From contig CAXXLQ010000004.1 in assembly GCA_963668695.2 (NCBI GenBank), positions 672,001 to 736,000 of the forward strand: a stretch of 64,000 bases of DNA, written 5' to 3'. A program made the translations under genes and the position numbers. Positions 53,003 to 62,928 of this stretch are shown here, in pieces. The DNA comes from Vicinamibacteria bacterium. Lineage in GTDB: Bacteria > Acidobacteriota > Vicinamibacteria > Marinacidobacterales > Marinacidobacteraceae. Numbering within the stretch: position 1 is the first letter of the stretch; each line of letters begins with the position of its first letter. Under the pieces are notes generated by a model. That model saw only the letters and a list, made by a program, of their open reading frames with translations, searched no databases and was not told where the DNA came from.

Positions 53003-53786
53003 GTTGCCTTCAGTCGGAGATGCCCCGCTCTCGCTCGGCGGCCACACCTTCAAATCCCGCCTGATCCTCGGGACCGGCAAGTACTCCTCGCTCCCGTTGA
53101 TGCGGGACTGTCACGCCGCATCGGGGTGCGAGATGGTGACGGTGGCCGTCCGCCGGGTGGACCTCGACGCCGAGGAGACCCTGCTCGACTACATCCCCCG
53201 GGACCGCTACACGCTGCTTCCCAACACCGCCGACTGCTTCACTGCCGCGGAAGCAATCCGCACCGCACACCTCGCCCGCGAGGCGGGGCTTTCGAACTGG
53301 ATCAAGCTCGAAGTCATCGGCGACCGGAAAACGCTGTACCCCGACACCGAGGAACTCCTCATCGCGACCCGCGAGCTCGTCGCCGACGGTTTCGTGGTGC
53401 TCCCGTACACGAGCGACGACGTGGTGGTTGCCCGGAAACTCGAGCAGGCCGGCGCCGCCGCGGTAATGCCGCTGGGGGCTCCCATCGGATCCGGCCTCGG
53501 GATCCAGAATCGCAACAACATCGCCCTCATCCGGGAAGCCGTCTCCGTGCCGGTCATCGTGGACGCTGGCGTTGGAACGGCCTCCGATGCGGCGGTGGCC
53601 ATGGAACTGGGCGCCGACGGGGTCCTCCTGAACACCGCGGTGGCGGCCGCCCGGGATCCCCTGAAAATGGCCCAGGCCATGCGCCTCGCGATCGAAAGCG
53701 GACGACTTTCGTGGCTCGCGGGACGCATGCCGCGCCGTCGCTACGCGACCGCGTCGTCGCCTCCGGCGGACTCTCCGCTGATCTGA
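52995..53786 (+). CDS. thiG: Thiazole synthase
   Basis: [40 protein letters not shown]. Confidence 0.97.
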   Translation: MAELPSVGDAPLSLGGHTFKSRLILGTGKYSSLPLMRDCHAASGCEMVTVAVRRVDLDAEETLLDYIPRDRYTLLPNTADCFTAAEAIRTAHLAREAGLSNWIKLEVIGDRKTLYPDTEELLIATRELVADGFVVLPYTSDDVVVARKLEQAGAAAVMPLGAPIGSGLGIQNRNNIALIREAVSVPVIVDAGVGTASDAAVAMELGADGVLLNTAVAAARDPLKMAQAMRLAIESGRLSWLAGRMPRRRYATASSPPADSPLI

Positions 53787-53797
53787 AGACAGGCCCC

Positions 53798-54553
53798 GTG
53801 CCGCAGGCCTCCCGAAGAAAGGCCGCGACCGGCGAGAACGGAAATACCGAAGAGAGTCGGGCGGCGGAAAACGCCCTGCGGCGGCGGACCCAGAGGATTG
53901 CTCGGGTGCTCGCCAACGAGTACTCGGCGGCCGAGTGCGCTCTCACTCACGAGTCGGTCCTTCAACTCCTGATCGCCACCATCCTCTCCGCGCAGTGCAC
54001 CGACCGGCGGGTAAACATGGTGACCCCCGCGCTCTTCGCCCGCTACCCGACGGTTTCGGATTTCGCCGACGCGGACCCTGACGAACTGGAGGAACTGATC
54101 CATTCCACCGGGTTCTTCCGGAACAAGACGCGTTCCATCATGGGCGCCTGCCAGCGAATCCGCGACGAGTACGGGGGCGAAGTGCCGGACACCATGGAGA
54201 CCCTGCTCACCCTGCCCGGGGTGGCCCGCAAGACCGCCAACGTCGTGCTCGGCACGTGGTTCGGAAAGAACGAGGGGGTAGTCGTGGATACGCATGTCTT
54301 CCGCATCGCCCACCGCCTGGGTCTGGCTCCCAAGAAGAACACCTCCCATACGGAGCAGCGGCTGATGGCGCTCGTCCCCCGCCGGGAATGGACGAACTTC
54401 AGTCACCGGGTCATCCTCCACGGTCGCGCAATATGTTCGGCCCGCAGCCCGGATTGCCGTTCCTGCGCGCTCGAGACGATGTGCCCGAAGAACGGGGTCG
54501 AGTCCGCCGCGGGGCCGCGCGAGACCGCCGGGCGCGCCAGACGAATCACCTGA
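53798..54553 (+). CDS. nth: Endonuclease III
   Basis: LIATILSAQCTD.RVN, HhH motif LPGVARKTANVV, VDTHV.R, 4Fe-4S C-x6-C-x2-C-x5-C; start GTG 53798 inferred. Confidence 0.96.
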   Translation: MPQASRRKAATGENGNTEESRAAENALRRRTQRIARVLANEYSAAECALTHESVLQLLIATILSAQCTDRRVNMVTPALFARYPTVSDFADADPDELEELIHSTGFFRNKTRSIMGACQRIRDEYGGEVPDTMETLLTLPGVARKTANVVLGTWFGKNEGVVVDTHVFRIAHRLGLAPKKNTSHTEQRLMALVPRREWTNFSHRVILHGRAICSARSPDCRSCALETMCPKNGVESAAGPRETAGRARRIT

Positions 54554-54560
54554 GCGGAAC

Positions 54561-55043
54561 ATGACCGCGAAAAAGACCCTGTACCTGGCGAACCCGTATG
54601 GCTTTTCATTGCAGCAGCGCGAGGGACCACTCGCCGCGCTGGTGAAGGCGCTCGAAGCCCTGGGCGCCGAGGTCTGGGAACCGTTCGCCCGCAACAACCA
54701 ACTGGATCGAGCGTCCCCCGGCTGGGCTTACCGGATCGGACAGGCCGATCTCCGCGATGTCCGGGACGCCGACGGGCTCTTCGCGGTGGTGAACGGCTGC
54801 CCCCCGGACGAGGGGGTGATGGTGGAACTCGGGATGGCGATCGCCTGGAAGAAGCCGGTGTTCCTGTTCCGGGACGATTTCCGCCGCTGCACCGACAGCG
54901 AGGCCTACCCGCTCAACCTGATGGTGTTCGCCGGCCTCCCCGAGACTGGCTGGGAAACATTCTGGTACCGCTCCGTCGCAGAGATCGACGACCCGGAGAA
55001 GGCGCTCGCCCGCTGGCTCCAAGCGGAACCAGCGCGCGATTAG
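54561..55043 (+). CDS. Nucleoside 2-deoxyribosyltransferase / N-glycosidase family protein
   Basis: YLANPYGFS, D...V..AD, PPDEGVMVELGMA.A..KP, NLMV. Confidence 0.85.
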   Translation: MTAKKTLYLANPYGFSLQQREGPLAALVKALEALGAEVWEPFARNNQLDRASPGWAYRIGQADLRDVRDADGLFAVVNGCPPDEGVMVELGMAIAWKKPVFLFRDDFRRCTDSEAYPLNLMVFAGLPETGWETFWYRSVAEIDDPEKALARWLQAEPARD

Positions 55044-55095
55044 CCTTCAGATCCGCTTCGAGCGGCGGGTTGCGGCCTGCCCTTACCATGGCGCG

Positions 55096-56136
55096 ATGCG
55101 GCTGGGGCTCAAGCTCGGTTACCTGACGACCGGGTCGCCCGACCCGGTCGTGCTCGCGGTACGCGCGGAGGCGGCGGGATTCGATTCCGTCTGGGTGTCC
55201 GAAGCGTGGGGCGCCGACGGGGTCAGCGTGCTGGCCTACGTGGGAGCCGGTACGGAGCGCGTGACCCTGGGGACCGCGATCCTTCCCATCGGCTCGCGCA
55301 GCCCGGCGCTGCTGGCGCAGACCGCGGCGACGCTGGACATCCTCAGTGGGGGACGCCTGGTCCTGGGTCTTGGCGTATCCGGCCCGCAGGTGATGGAGGG
55401 CTGGCACGGTGCGCCGTTCTCCCGGCCCGTGACCCGCACCCGCGAGACCGTGGAGATTGTCCGGCAGATTCTGCGGCGGGAAGAGAAGCTGGCGTACGAG
55501 GGCCAAACGGTACGTCTGCCGCTTTCCGGCGGGACCGGGCTCGGCAAACCGCTGAAGCTCATGCTGCGGCCGCGCCGGTCGGAGATTCCGATCTACGTTG
55601 CCTCGATCGGCCCGCAGAACACTGCGCTCACCGCCGAGATAGCGGACGGATGGCTACCCATTCTCTACTCGCCGGAAAAAGCGGCGGACGCGTTCGGTCC
55701 GGCGCTGGCCGCGGGCACGGCGAAACGGGATCGGCCGGCCCCGCTCGATGTCGCCCCCATGCTCGACACCGCGGTCGGCGAGGATCTGCCCCGCCTCCGC
55801 GACCAGTTGCGGCCGGGAATCGCCCTCTACGTCGGAGGCATGGGGGCGCGCAGCAAGAACTTCTACAACGATCTCGCCCGGAGTTACGGATACGAGGCCC
55901 AAGCGAGGGCGATCCAGGATCTGTTTCTCGACGGCAGAAAGGAAGAAGCAGCCGCGGCGGTTCCCGACGCATTCGTGGATGAAGTGTGCCTGGTCGGCAC
56001 GGAATCGAGGATCGCGGAACGGATCGCCGCCTACCGGGAATCCGGGGTCACGACCCTGATCGTCGCGCCGCCGGTGAACGAAGAGGGCCAGCCCGCGCCC
56101 GGCGGGCTGGACATCCTGCGACGCGCCGGCGCCTGA
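55096..56136 (+). CDS. LLM-class (probably F420-dependent) oxidoreductase
   Basis: AEAAGFDSVWVSEAWG.D, LGLGVSGPQVMEGWHG, EIADGW, YVGGMGA...NFY. Confidence 0.9.
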   Translation: MRLGLKLGYLTTGSPDPVVLAVRAEAAGFDSVWVSEAWGADGVSVLAYVGAGTERVTLGTAILPIGSRSPALLAQTAATLDILSGGRLVLGLGVSGPQVMEGWHGAPFSRPVTRTRETVEIVRQILRREEKLAYEGQTVRLPLSGGTGLGKPLKLMLRPRRSEIPIYVASIGPQNTALTAEIADGWLPILYSPEKAADAFGPALAAGTAKRDRPAPLDVAPMLDTAVGEDLPRLRDQLRPGIALYVGGMGARSKNFYNDLARSYGYEAQARAIQDLFLDGRKEEAAAAVPDAFVDEVCLVGTESRIAERIAAYRESGVTTLIVAPPVNEEGQPAPGGLDILRRAGA

Positions 56137-56139
56137 GCG

Positions 56140-56733
56140 GTGACAGACGGGATGGTCCTCCTTGTCCTGCTCACCACCTTTTGCGGGCTGACCGCGATGC
56201 GGGCGGTGCTCGTCTACCGGAGAACCGGAATCAATCCGGTGAAGCTGCGAGCGGACGACTCCATCAGCGGCGTCATGGACCGGATTCTGAAAGTGTCCCT
56301 CGCGATCTGGGTGCTCATCAGCCTGGTGTACGCGTTCGCGCCCGCCGTGAAACCGTGGTTCGCGCCCATCGCCTACCTGGAGACCGGAGCCACCCACGCG
56401 GCTGGCGCGGCGCTCGCCGCGGCGGCAACCCTTTGGATCGGAATCGCTCAGGTTCACATGTCGGGATCATTTCGGATGGGGGTCGATCCTTCGGAGAAGA
56501 CGAGACTCGTCCGCCACGGACTGTTTTCGCGGTCGAGGAACCCCATCTACCTCGGCATCCTGGCGGCGGTCTGCGGGTTCTTTCTGATGGCGCCGAACGC
56601 GCTCAGCTTCGGCGCGACCGTCGCTGCCTTCGTCGGGATTCCAGTCCAGGTCCGGCTGGAGGAGGAATACCTCCTCTCCAAGCACGGGGAGGCCTATTCC
56701 GAGTACCGGTCCTCGGTGCGCCGCTGGATCTGA
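56140..56733 (+). CDS. Isoprenylcysteine carboxyl methyltransferase / PEMT-family membrane protein
   Basis: TM helices; LV..GLF..SRNPIYLG; EEEYL...GEAY..Y...VRRW. Confidence 0.85.
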   Translation: MTDGMVLLVLLTTFCGLTAMRAVLVYRRTGINPVKLRADDSISGVMDRILKVSLAIWVLISLVYAFAPAVKPWFAPIAYLETGATHAAGAALAAAATLWIGIAQVHMSGSFRMGVDPSEKTRLVRHGLFSRSRNPIYLGILAAVCGFFLMAPNALSFGATVAAFVGIPVQVRLEEEYLLSKHGEAYSEYRSSVRRWI

Positions 56734-56870
56734 CCCGGGAACTTGCAGCGTCATCCAGCCCAATGGCAGCGTGCGTTTCGCCCGCCTCCGGCGGGCGATG
56801 CCGGTGTGAACACCGGCGTTCCCTCACCGGCCGAACCGTCCGGATGAGGAGCGTTGTCCCGTCGCAGTAA

Positions 56871-57728
56871 CTACCGCAGGGGAAGGGCGCCCTCGTAAAC
56901 CCGGGTCACGGGGCCTTCCATCAGCGGCGCGTCGCCCGTGAGGTCGATGTGGATGAGGTCCCCGCTCTCCACCCGGACCGGGACGACCGGGGGCCAGCCA
57001 CGGAAACGATGGGCGACGGTGACGGCCGCGCTGGCGCCGGTACCGCAGGCGAGGCACTCGGCCTCCACCCCGCGCTCGAAGGTCCGGAGCCGGATCTCCC
57101 CGGCGCGTTCGTCGAGCGCGATGCAGTTCGCGTTCGCCCCGGCGGGGAATGCGGGGTCATGTCGAATCGCGCTGCCCCGGCGCAGCACGTCCACGGCGCC
57201 GACATCGGAAACCACCTCGAGGACGTGGGGAACGCCCACCTCCAGCGCAAACAGTTCCGCCTCCCCGCCGGGAAGATCGGGAATACGGACTCGGCGAATG
57301 GGGCTGGGCTTCGCCATCACCACCCGAACCGTGGCGATCTCGTCAGGCCCGCGAGGAAGGATCTCGGCCGCGAGAACATCCGCCGGCGTCGCGATCGCCT
57401 GCCGGGAGCCCGCGGCGCCGATCTCCCGGGCGAACACCGCGGCGCACCGGGTTCCGTTGCCGCAAAGCTCCCCCTCGCTGCCGTCGGCGTTGAAGTAGCG
57501 CATCACGTAGTCGGCGCCGCCGGCATCCCTCGCACCTCCCGCGGAGGACTCGATCAGGATCAGACCGTCGGCGCCGACGCCCAGCTTCCGCCGGCACACC
57601 CGGCGGACCAGCGCCGGCTTCTCCGCTTCCATGAACCTCGCTTCCCGGTTGTCCACCAGCACGAAGTCGTTGCCGGCGCCGGACATCTTGACGAAGCGGA
57701 GGATGCCGGTCGGCACGGTCGAACTCAC
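56871..57728 (-). CDS. dapF: Diaminopimelate epimerase
   Basis: FVKMSGAGNDF, GVGADG, NADGS..LCGNG.RC, RTFERGVE..LACGTGA; GTGA overlap with the selD stop. Confidence 0.93.
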   Translation of the reverse strand: MSSTVPTGILRFVKMSGAGNDFVLVDNREARFMEAEKPALVRRVCRRKLGVGADGLILIESSAGGARDAGGADYVMRYFNADGSEGELCGNGTRCAAVFAREIGAAGSRQAIATPADVLAAEILPRGPDEIATVRVVMAKPSPIRRVRIPDLPGGEAELFALEVGVPHVLEVVSDVGAVDVLRRGSAIRHDPAFPAGANANCIALDERAGEIRLRTFERGVEAECLACGTGASAAVTVAHRFRGWPPVVPVRVESGDLIHIDLTGDAPLMEGPVTRVYEGALPLR

Positions 57729-60061
57729 AACGGCCCGCCACGGATCGTAGCGACCGCGCCATCGTCCGAACGCGGGACTACGGTCCCTACCCGGACCACC
57801 CCGACATCCGCCTCCTGCAGGCGGCCGAGGAACTCCTCGGACCTCGCTTCCGGAATCCCGGCAAGGAAACCGCCGGCGGTCTGGGGATCGAAGAGCAGCT
57901 CGAACCGCGGGTGTTGTGACGCGCCGGGTTCGACCCGAACCGCTTTCACGATGTTCCGGTTCTGTTCGTGGGCAGTGCTCCGGAGACCCTGCCGCAGAAG
58001 CTCCTCCGCACCCGGCAACGCCGGGAGGGAGGAGACGTCCAACTCGGCGGACACCCCGCTCGCCCGCAGCATCTCGGAGAGGTGGCTCAGGAAGCCGAAG
58101 CCGGTGACGTCGGTGGCCGCCCGGATTCCCGCGGCGACCGCGGCTCGGGCCGCCGCCTCGTTTGGATCGACCATCTGGGCCGCCGCGGCCTGCAGCCACT
58201 CTCCCCGTCCCTGCCCGAGCATGACCCCCCGGAGCACCACTCCGCTGCCCAGCCGCTTGGTCAGGTAGAGACCGTCCCCGACCTCGAGCCCGTCAATGGT
58301 CAGGAGCCGCTCACCGATGGGGTGCCCCTCCACCGAGAACCCGACGGTCAGTTCCGGCCCCACGGTGGTGTGGCCGCCAAGCAACGACACACCCCGGGCG
58401 TCGAGGAGGGAGCGCGCTCCGGCGAGCACCTGGTAGAGGGTCTCCGCGCGCTGCTCGTCGGTTTCGCTCTCGGGAAGGTTCACGAGCGCCATCGCGTAGC
58501 GCGGCGCCGCCCCGGTGGCGAAGAGATCCGAAAGCGCGTTCGCCGCCGCCACCTTGCCGTTGAACCAGAGGTCTCCGCTGAACGCCTTGAACCAGTCCAC
58601 GCTCGAAACCACGATGTCGCCGCGCGGGGTGGCGAAGGCGGCGGCGTCGTCCGACTGCTCGAGACCGAGGCGAACCCGGCCGTTCCCGTCCCCGGGTCCC
58701 GTGCCCATGTCGTCCCGCAGCCGGCCGAGCGCCCGCTCGAGGGTTGTCTGGCCGGCCTTCGCGGCGCAGCCGCCGCAAACCATGGCCTCCATCGCGGTCC
58801 GGTCCATCCGGGAAAACTCGTCGGTGGTTGTGTGGTCGTCGTCGAGAACCTGGAACTTCCGCATGAACTTCCGGTCGATCCGGTCCTTGAGGCGCATCAC
58901 CCAGCGACCCTCGAAGGATCGTCCCCACTTGGCGCCGAGCGCGCTGCCGTCCCCCAGATTCAGCAGGGTCAGGAAATCCGGCTGTGGCCGGTAGCGGCGG
59001 AGCGGCCTTCCCCCGACGATCCGGCGCAGGTTCTCGGCGAGAAAGGGACCCTGCCGCACCGCGTAGACGCCGGCCTTGGGTGTCCCGGGCCAATCCTCGA
59101 GCGTGGCGCAATCGCCGACCGCGAAGATTCGCCCGTCGCCGACCGTCTGGAGCGTCGGCCGGGTGAGGACGAAGCCCCGATCATCGAGCGGCAACCCCGC
59201 ATCGCGAAAGACATCAAGGCTTCCGGCGCCTACGGCCCAGATCAGGGAGTCGGCGTGCAGGGACTCGCCGTCTTCCAGCCGAACCCGACCCGCTTCAGCC
59301 GCCGCGACCATCGCTCCGGTACGGATCAAGATCCCGCGGGCGGCGGCGTTCCGCCGGGCTCTCGCCGCGAGCGAGGCCGGAAACCCGGTGAGGATCTCCG
59401 GAAGCGCCTGGAGCAGGGTTATCCGGAGCGGTGTCTCACGCCCCGCCCGCCGGGCGGCCGAAAGCAGCCGCTCCCGCACCGTGAACGCGAGCTCGACGCC
59501 GCCGGCGCCGCCGCCCGCCACCACGACCTCGAAAGGGCGGTCGGCGGCGTGGGCGAGGAACGCTTCGGAAAGGCTCCCGATCTCCCGAACCAGGCGGGCG
59601 ATCGGGCGGGTGGCCCGAGCCCACTCGCGGACGCCGGGAAGGTCGAGGCCGGCGACGGTGCTCCCGATGTCGAAGGAGACGAAGTCGTAGGCCACCGGCG
59701 GTCGCCCTTCGAGCCGGACCCGGCGAGATTCCGGATCTACCCCCACGGCCGGAGTGAGCACGATCTCGGCGCCGGCCAGTCTCGCCAGCGGAACCACGTC
59801 CATTTCCAGTTCCGAGGCCCGGTACTGACCCGCCACGAATCCCGGAACCATTCCGGAATAGACCGCGACCGGGATGTCGAGGATCACGGTCACCCGGGCC
59901 TCAGGCCAGGGTCGCATCATCATCCGGCGGAGAATCTGGACGTGGGAATGACCGCCTCCGACGAGCACGACGTGGGGCCGATTGCCTGGGGTTTCGCGGA
60001 TCATGGGCAGGGGTGGAACCGCCAGAGTATCCACAGGCAGACGCTCTCGGGAGTCGGCCAT
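57725..60061 (-). CDS. selD: Selenide,water dikinase with N-terminal FAD/NAD(P)-dependent oxidoreductase domain
   Basis: N-part VVLVGGGHSH, YSGMVPG, GGGAGGVE, FAVGDCA, PKAGVYAVRQG; C-part CGGCAAK, DDAA, AANALSDLFA.G, GGHT, TDVTGFG, DPQTAGG; start 60061 or 60004. Confidence 0.93.
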   Translation of the reverse strand: MADSRERLPVDTLAVPPLPMIRETPGNRPHVVLVGGGHSHVQILRRMMMRPWPEARVTVILDIPVAVYSGMVPGFVAGQYRASELEMDVVPLARLAGAEIVLTPAVGVDPESRRVRLEGRPPVAYDFVSFDIGSTVAGLDLPGVREWARATRPIARLVREIGSLSEAFLAHAADRPFEVVVAGGGAGGVELAFTVRERLLSAARRAGRETPLRITLLQALPEILTGFPASLAARARRNAAARGILIRTGAMVAAAEAGRVRLEDGESLHADSLIWAVGAGSLDVFRDAGLPLDDRGFVLTRPTLQTVGDGRIFAVGDCATLEDWPGTPKAGVYAVRQGPFLAENLRRIVGGRPLRRYRPQPDFLTLLNLGDGSALGAKWGRSFEGRWVMRLKDRIDRKFMRKFQVLDDDHTTTDEFSRMDRTAMEAMVCGGCAAKAGQTTLERALGRLRDDMGTGPGDGNGRVRLGLEQSDDAAAFATPRGDIVVSSVDWFKAFSGDLWFNGKVAAANALSDLFATGAAPRYAMALVNLPESETDEQRAETLYQVLAGARSLLDARGVSLLGGHTTVGPELTVGFSVEGHPIGERLLTIDGLEVGDGLYLTKRLGSGVVLRGVMLGQGRGEWLQAAAAQMVDPNEAAARAAVAAGIRAATDVTGFGFLSHLSEMLRASGVSAELDVSSLPALPGAEELLRQGLRSTAHEQNRNIVKAVRVEPGASQHPRFELLFDPQTAGGFLAGIPEARSEEFLGRLQEADVGVVRVGTVVPRSDDGAVATIRGGPL

Positions 60062-60133
60062 ACAATGGCGGGTCCGGCGCTTCGCGAAACCGGGACATTT
60101 CACAGTCCCGTTTCGCAGCCGAGAGGAGACGAT

Positions 60134-61750
60134 ATGAATCACCAACCGACGAACCGGCGGGAACGGATGCAGAAGAATCCGATGCTTCCGCTCGCAACTG
60201 CCCTCCTGCTCGCGCTCGCCGTGGGCTGCGGTGGCGGCGGCGACGACGCGTTTATGGAGCAGCCCTGTTCCGAAGACATGAGCCTCAACGAGTGCCTCAC
60301 CTTCCGCTCGGCTCAGTACGAACTGGACACCGAGCGAATCCCGCCGCCGGGCGGCATGGATCCGAACGGGTTCATCGAGCACGAGGCTTCGGGGTTCGCC
60401 AAGGTCCTGTGCTCGGCGGTTTTCCTCACCGGGCTCGATTTCGAGGCTGCCCAGCATCAGATCGGCGGCTTCACCGCCCGCTACCAGTACCGCGACCGGC
60501 TTCCGGGACGGGAAATCGACATGGAGAACCAGCGGGTTCACATCACCACCGACACCGGGGTGACCCGCACCGCGGTCCTCCACGGGGACCAGGGCTGCGT
60601 CACCCTGCCGAAGGGCGAGGACGCTCCGTTCTACGAGACGGTGCCGGTGACCTCCATGGTGAATCAGGATGACCCCTGGCCGATGGGCGATGTCCTGTCG
60701 GATGACCCGCTCCCCGAGGACGTGGACGCCGACCAGCTCGCGATGGCGGTGGACGCCGCCTTTGAGCCAGACGCGATGACCCTCGCCTTCGTGGTGCTCC
60801 ACCGCGGGCGGCTGATCGCCGAGCGCTACCGCGAGGAAGACGGAATCACCAAGGACACCCCGCTCGAGAGCTGGTCCATGAACAAGAGCCTCTCCGCCAC
60901 CCTGTTGGGCGTGCTCGTCCAGCAGGGCGTATACACACTCGACCAGTTGGCGCCGATTGATTCCTGGCACGCGGATCCGGACGACGTGCGCGGCACCATC
61001 CGCATCCGCGACATCCTGAACATGTCCAGCGGGCTTCGCTGCGCCAACGCCGGCGACCCCGAGTACGACGAAGCCACCATGGGCTACCCGGACCACCTCT
61101 ATCTCTACACCGGCACGGTGAACTCGCACATCTGGGCCACCGAGCGGCCGCCACAGTGGCCCCCGGGCACCATCGGCCGCTACCGCAACTGCGATCCGGT
61201 GCTCACCAACCACATCGTGCGGTTGGGCGTCGAGGGGCGTGACGAGAACTACCACCAGTTCCCCCAGAAGCACCTGTTCGACAAGATCGGCGCGGCCCGG
61301 TTCGTGGCCGAAGGCGACCCGTACGGAAACTTCCTGCTGAACGGCTACGGCTTCGGCGCCGGACGCACCTGGGCCCGGCTCGGCCAGCTCTACCTCGACA
61401 GCGGAGTCGCGCCGAACGGCGAGCGGGTGCTCTCGGAGGAATTCGTCGAGTTCGCGACCTCGGTGGCGCCCCCCTGGGAGGCCGACGGGCGGCCCATCTA
61501 CGGCGGGCTTATCTGGATCAACAACCCGCCGCAGGGCGGCGAGAAGCGATTCCCCGCGCTTCCCAACAGCACCTTCAGTTTCGCCGGCGCCGGCGGCCAG
61601 AGCACGATCATCGTGCCCGAGCACGAAATGGTGATCGCGCGGCTCGGGCTCTACGAGGGCTCGCTGGACGGAAGCGCGAACCGGGCGCTCCAGAGCGCGC
61701 TGGCCCTGCTCGTCGAAGCGGTTCCGAAGAAGATGGAAGCGGCTAACTGA
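60134..61750 (+). CDS. Serine hydrolase, beta-lactamase/AmpC-like fold, lipoprotein
   Basis: RBS GAGGAG; lipobox LAVG-C; SxxK (SMNK); LNMSSGL; YxN (YRN). Confidence 0.88.
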   Translation: MNHQPTNRRERMQKNPMLPLATALLLALAVGCGGGGDDAFMEQPCSEDMSLNECLTFRSAQYELDTERIPPPGGMDPNGFIEHEASGFAKVLCSAVFLTGLDFEAAQHQIGGFTARYQYRDRLPGREIDMENQRVHITTDTGVTRTAVLHGDQGCVTLPKGEDAPFYETVPVTSMVNQDDPWPMGDVLSDDPLPEDVDADQLAMAVDAAFEPDAMTLAFVVLHRGRLIAERYREEDGITKDTPLESWSMNKSLSATLLGVLVQQGVYTLDQLAPIDSWHADPDDVRGTIRIRDILNMSSGLRCANAGDPEYDEATMGYPDHLYLYTGTVNSHIWATERPPQWPPGTIGRYRNCDPVLTNHIVRLGVEGRDENYHQFPQKHLFDKIGAARFVAEGDPYGNFLLNGYGFGAGRTWARLGQLYLDSGVAPNGERVLSEEFVEFATSVAPPWEADGRPIYGGLIWINNPPQGGEKRFPALPNSTFSFAGAGGQSTIIVPEHEMVIARLGLYEGSLDGSANRALQSALALLVEAVPKKMEAAN

Positions 61751-61755
61751 GCCAC

Positions 61756-62928
61756 ATGCGCCGACATCCCGTCTGGCTCGCGGCGGCGGGCCTCCTGATT
61801 GCCTTCACCGGCCCCGGTTGCACCGGGGCCGGCCCCGAATCCTCGGGTGATCGGGTCGCTCAGGCCCAGGGCGGGCCGCAGGCGCTCCCCCTGGAGCGAT
61901 TGTCGCTCCCTCCGGGGTTCGAGATCGGCGTCTGGGGACGGGTGCCCGGCGCCCGCTCGCTGGCCCGCGGCGAGAACGGGACGGTCTTCGTGGGCAGCCG
62001 CGAGGCGTCGGGCGGGGTGTACGCGCTCCGCGACAATGACGGCGACGGCGAGGCGGACGAACTCCACACCGTCGCCGAGGGCCTGTTCATGCCGAACGGG
62101 GTGGCGATGCGCGACGGCGACCTCTACGTCGCCGAGGTGAACCGCATTCTCCGTTTCGACGACGTCGAGTCGCGGCTCGACAACCCGGGGAAGCCGGCGG
62201 TGGTGACCGACGACCTGCCCAACATGCGTCATCACGGCTGGAAGTTCATTGATTTCGGTCCGGACGGCATGTTGTACGTGCCTGTCGGCGCACCCTGCAA
62301 TCGGTGCGATTCGGCGAACCCGCTCTTCGCCTCGATCGCCCGGATGCAGCCGGACGGGACCGGGATCGAAGTCGCCGCCCGCGGGGTCCGGATGTCGGTC
62401 GGCTTCGATTGGCACCCGGAAACGGGACACCTGTGGTTCACCGACAACAATCCCGACTGGCTCGGGGACGACAACCCGCCCGGCGAGATGAACATCCTCA
62501 CCGAGATCGGGCAGCACTTCGGATATCCCTACTGCCACGCCGGCGACCGGCCCGACCCGTGGTTCGCGCGGGATCGTTCCTGCGACGAGTTCGAGCCACC
62601 GACGCAGCAGCTCGGTCCGCACGTCGCCGCGATCGGGATGACGTTCTACCGGGGCGACCAGTTTCCCGAGGAGTACCGCGGCCAGGCGCTCGTCGCCGAG
62701 CACGGCTCGTGGAACCGGACCGAGCGCATCGGCTACCGGCTGACCCTGGTGCGGAACGAGAACGGCGTCGCCACCGCCTACGAGGACTTCGTCACCGGAT
62801 GGATCGGCGAGCCGGACGAGCGGCCCTGGGGCCGCCCGGTGGACATCCTCGAACTGCCCGGCGGAGACATCCTCGTCTCGGACGACCGCGCCGGCGCGAT
62901 CTACCGGATTTGGTACTCCGGCGGCTGA
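61756..62928 (+). CDS. Sorbosone/PQQ-dependent sugar dehydrogenase family beta-propeller protein
   Basis: HHGWK...GPDG.LYVPVGAPCN, LWFTDN..DWLGD, EHGSWNR, WGRPVD, LVSDD.AG.IYRI. Confidence 0.88.
   Translation: MRRHPVWLAAAGLLIAFTGPGCTGAGPESSGDRVAQAQGGPQALPLERLSLPPGFEIGVWGRVPGARSLARGENGTVFVGSREASGGVYALRDNDGDGEADELHTVAEGLFMPNGVAMRDGDLYVAEVNRILRFDDVESRLDNPGKPAVVTDDLPNMRHHGWKFIDFGPDGMLYVPVGAPCNRCDSANPLFASIARMQPDGTGIEVAARGVRMSVGFDWHPETGHLWFTDNNPDWLGDDNPPGEMNILTEIGQHFGYPYCHAGDRPDPWFARDRSCDEFEPPTQQLGPHVAAIGMTFYRGDQFPEEYRGQALVAEHGSWNRTERIGYRLTLVRNENGVATAYEDFVTGWIGEPDERPWGRPVDILELPGGDILVSDDRAGAIYRIWYSGG

Noticed and set aside
58755-58785. Selenocysteine in the SelD active site
   Set aside because: The motif is encoded as Cys (CGGCAAK) with no in-frame TGA.
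60027-60037. GTATCCACAGG resembling an element end near the selD start
   Set aside because: Only about 11 bp, with no partner end or core; compatible with chance.
57725-61750. Apparent 1299-aa and 1260-aa overlapping giant ORFs
   Set aside because: Each is a real gene (selD fusion, serine hydrolase) extended by the antisense shadow of its divergent neighbour; true starts are near 60061 and 60134.
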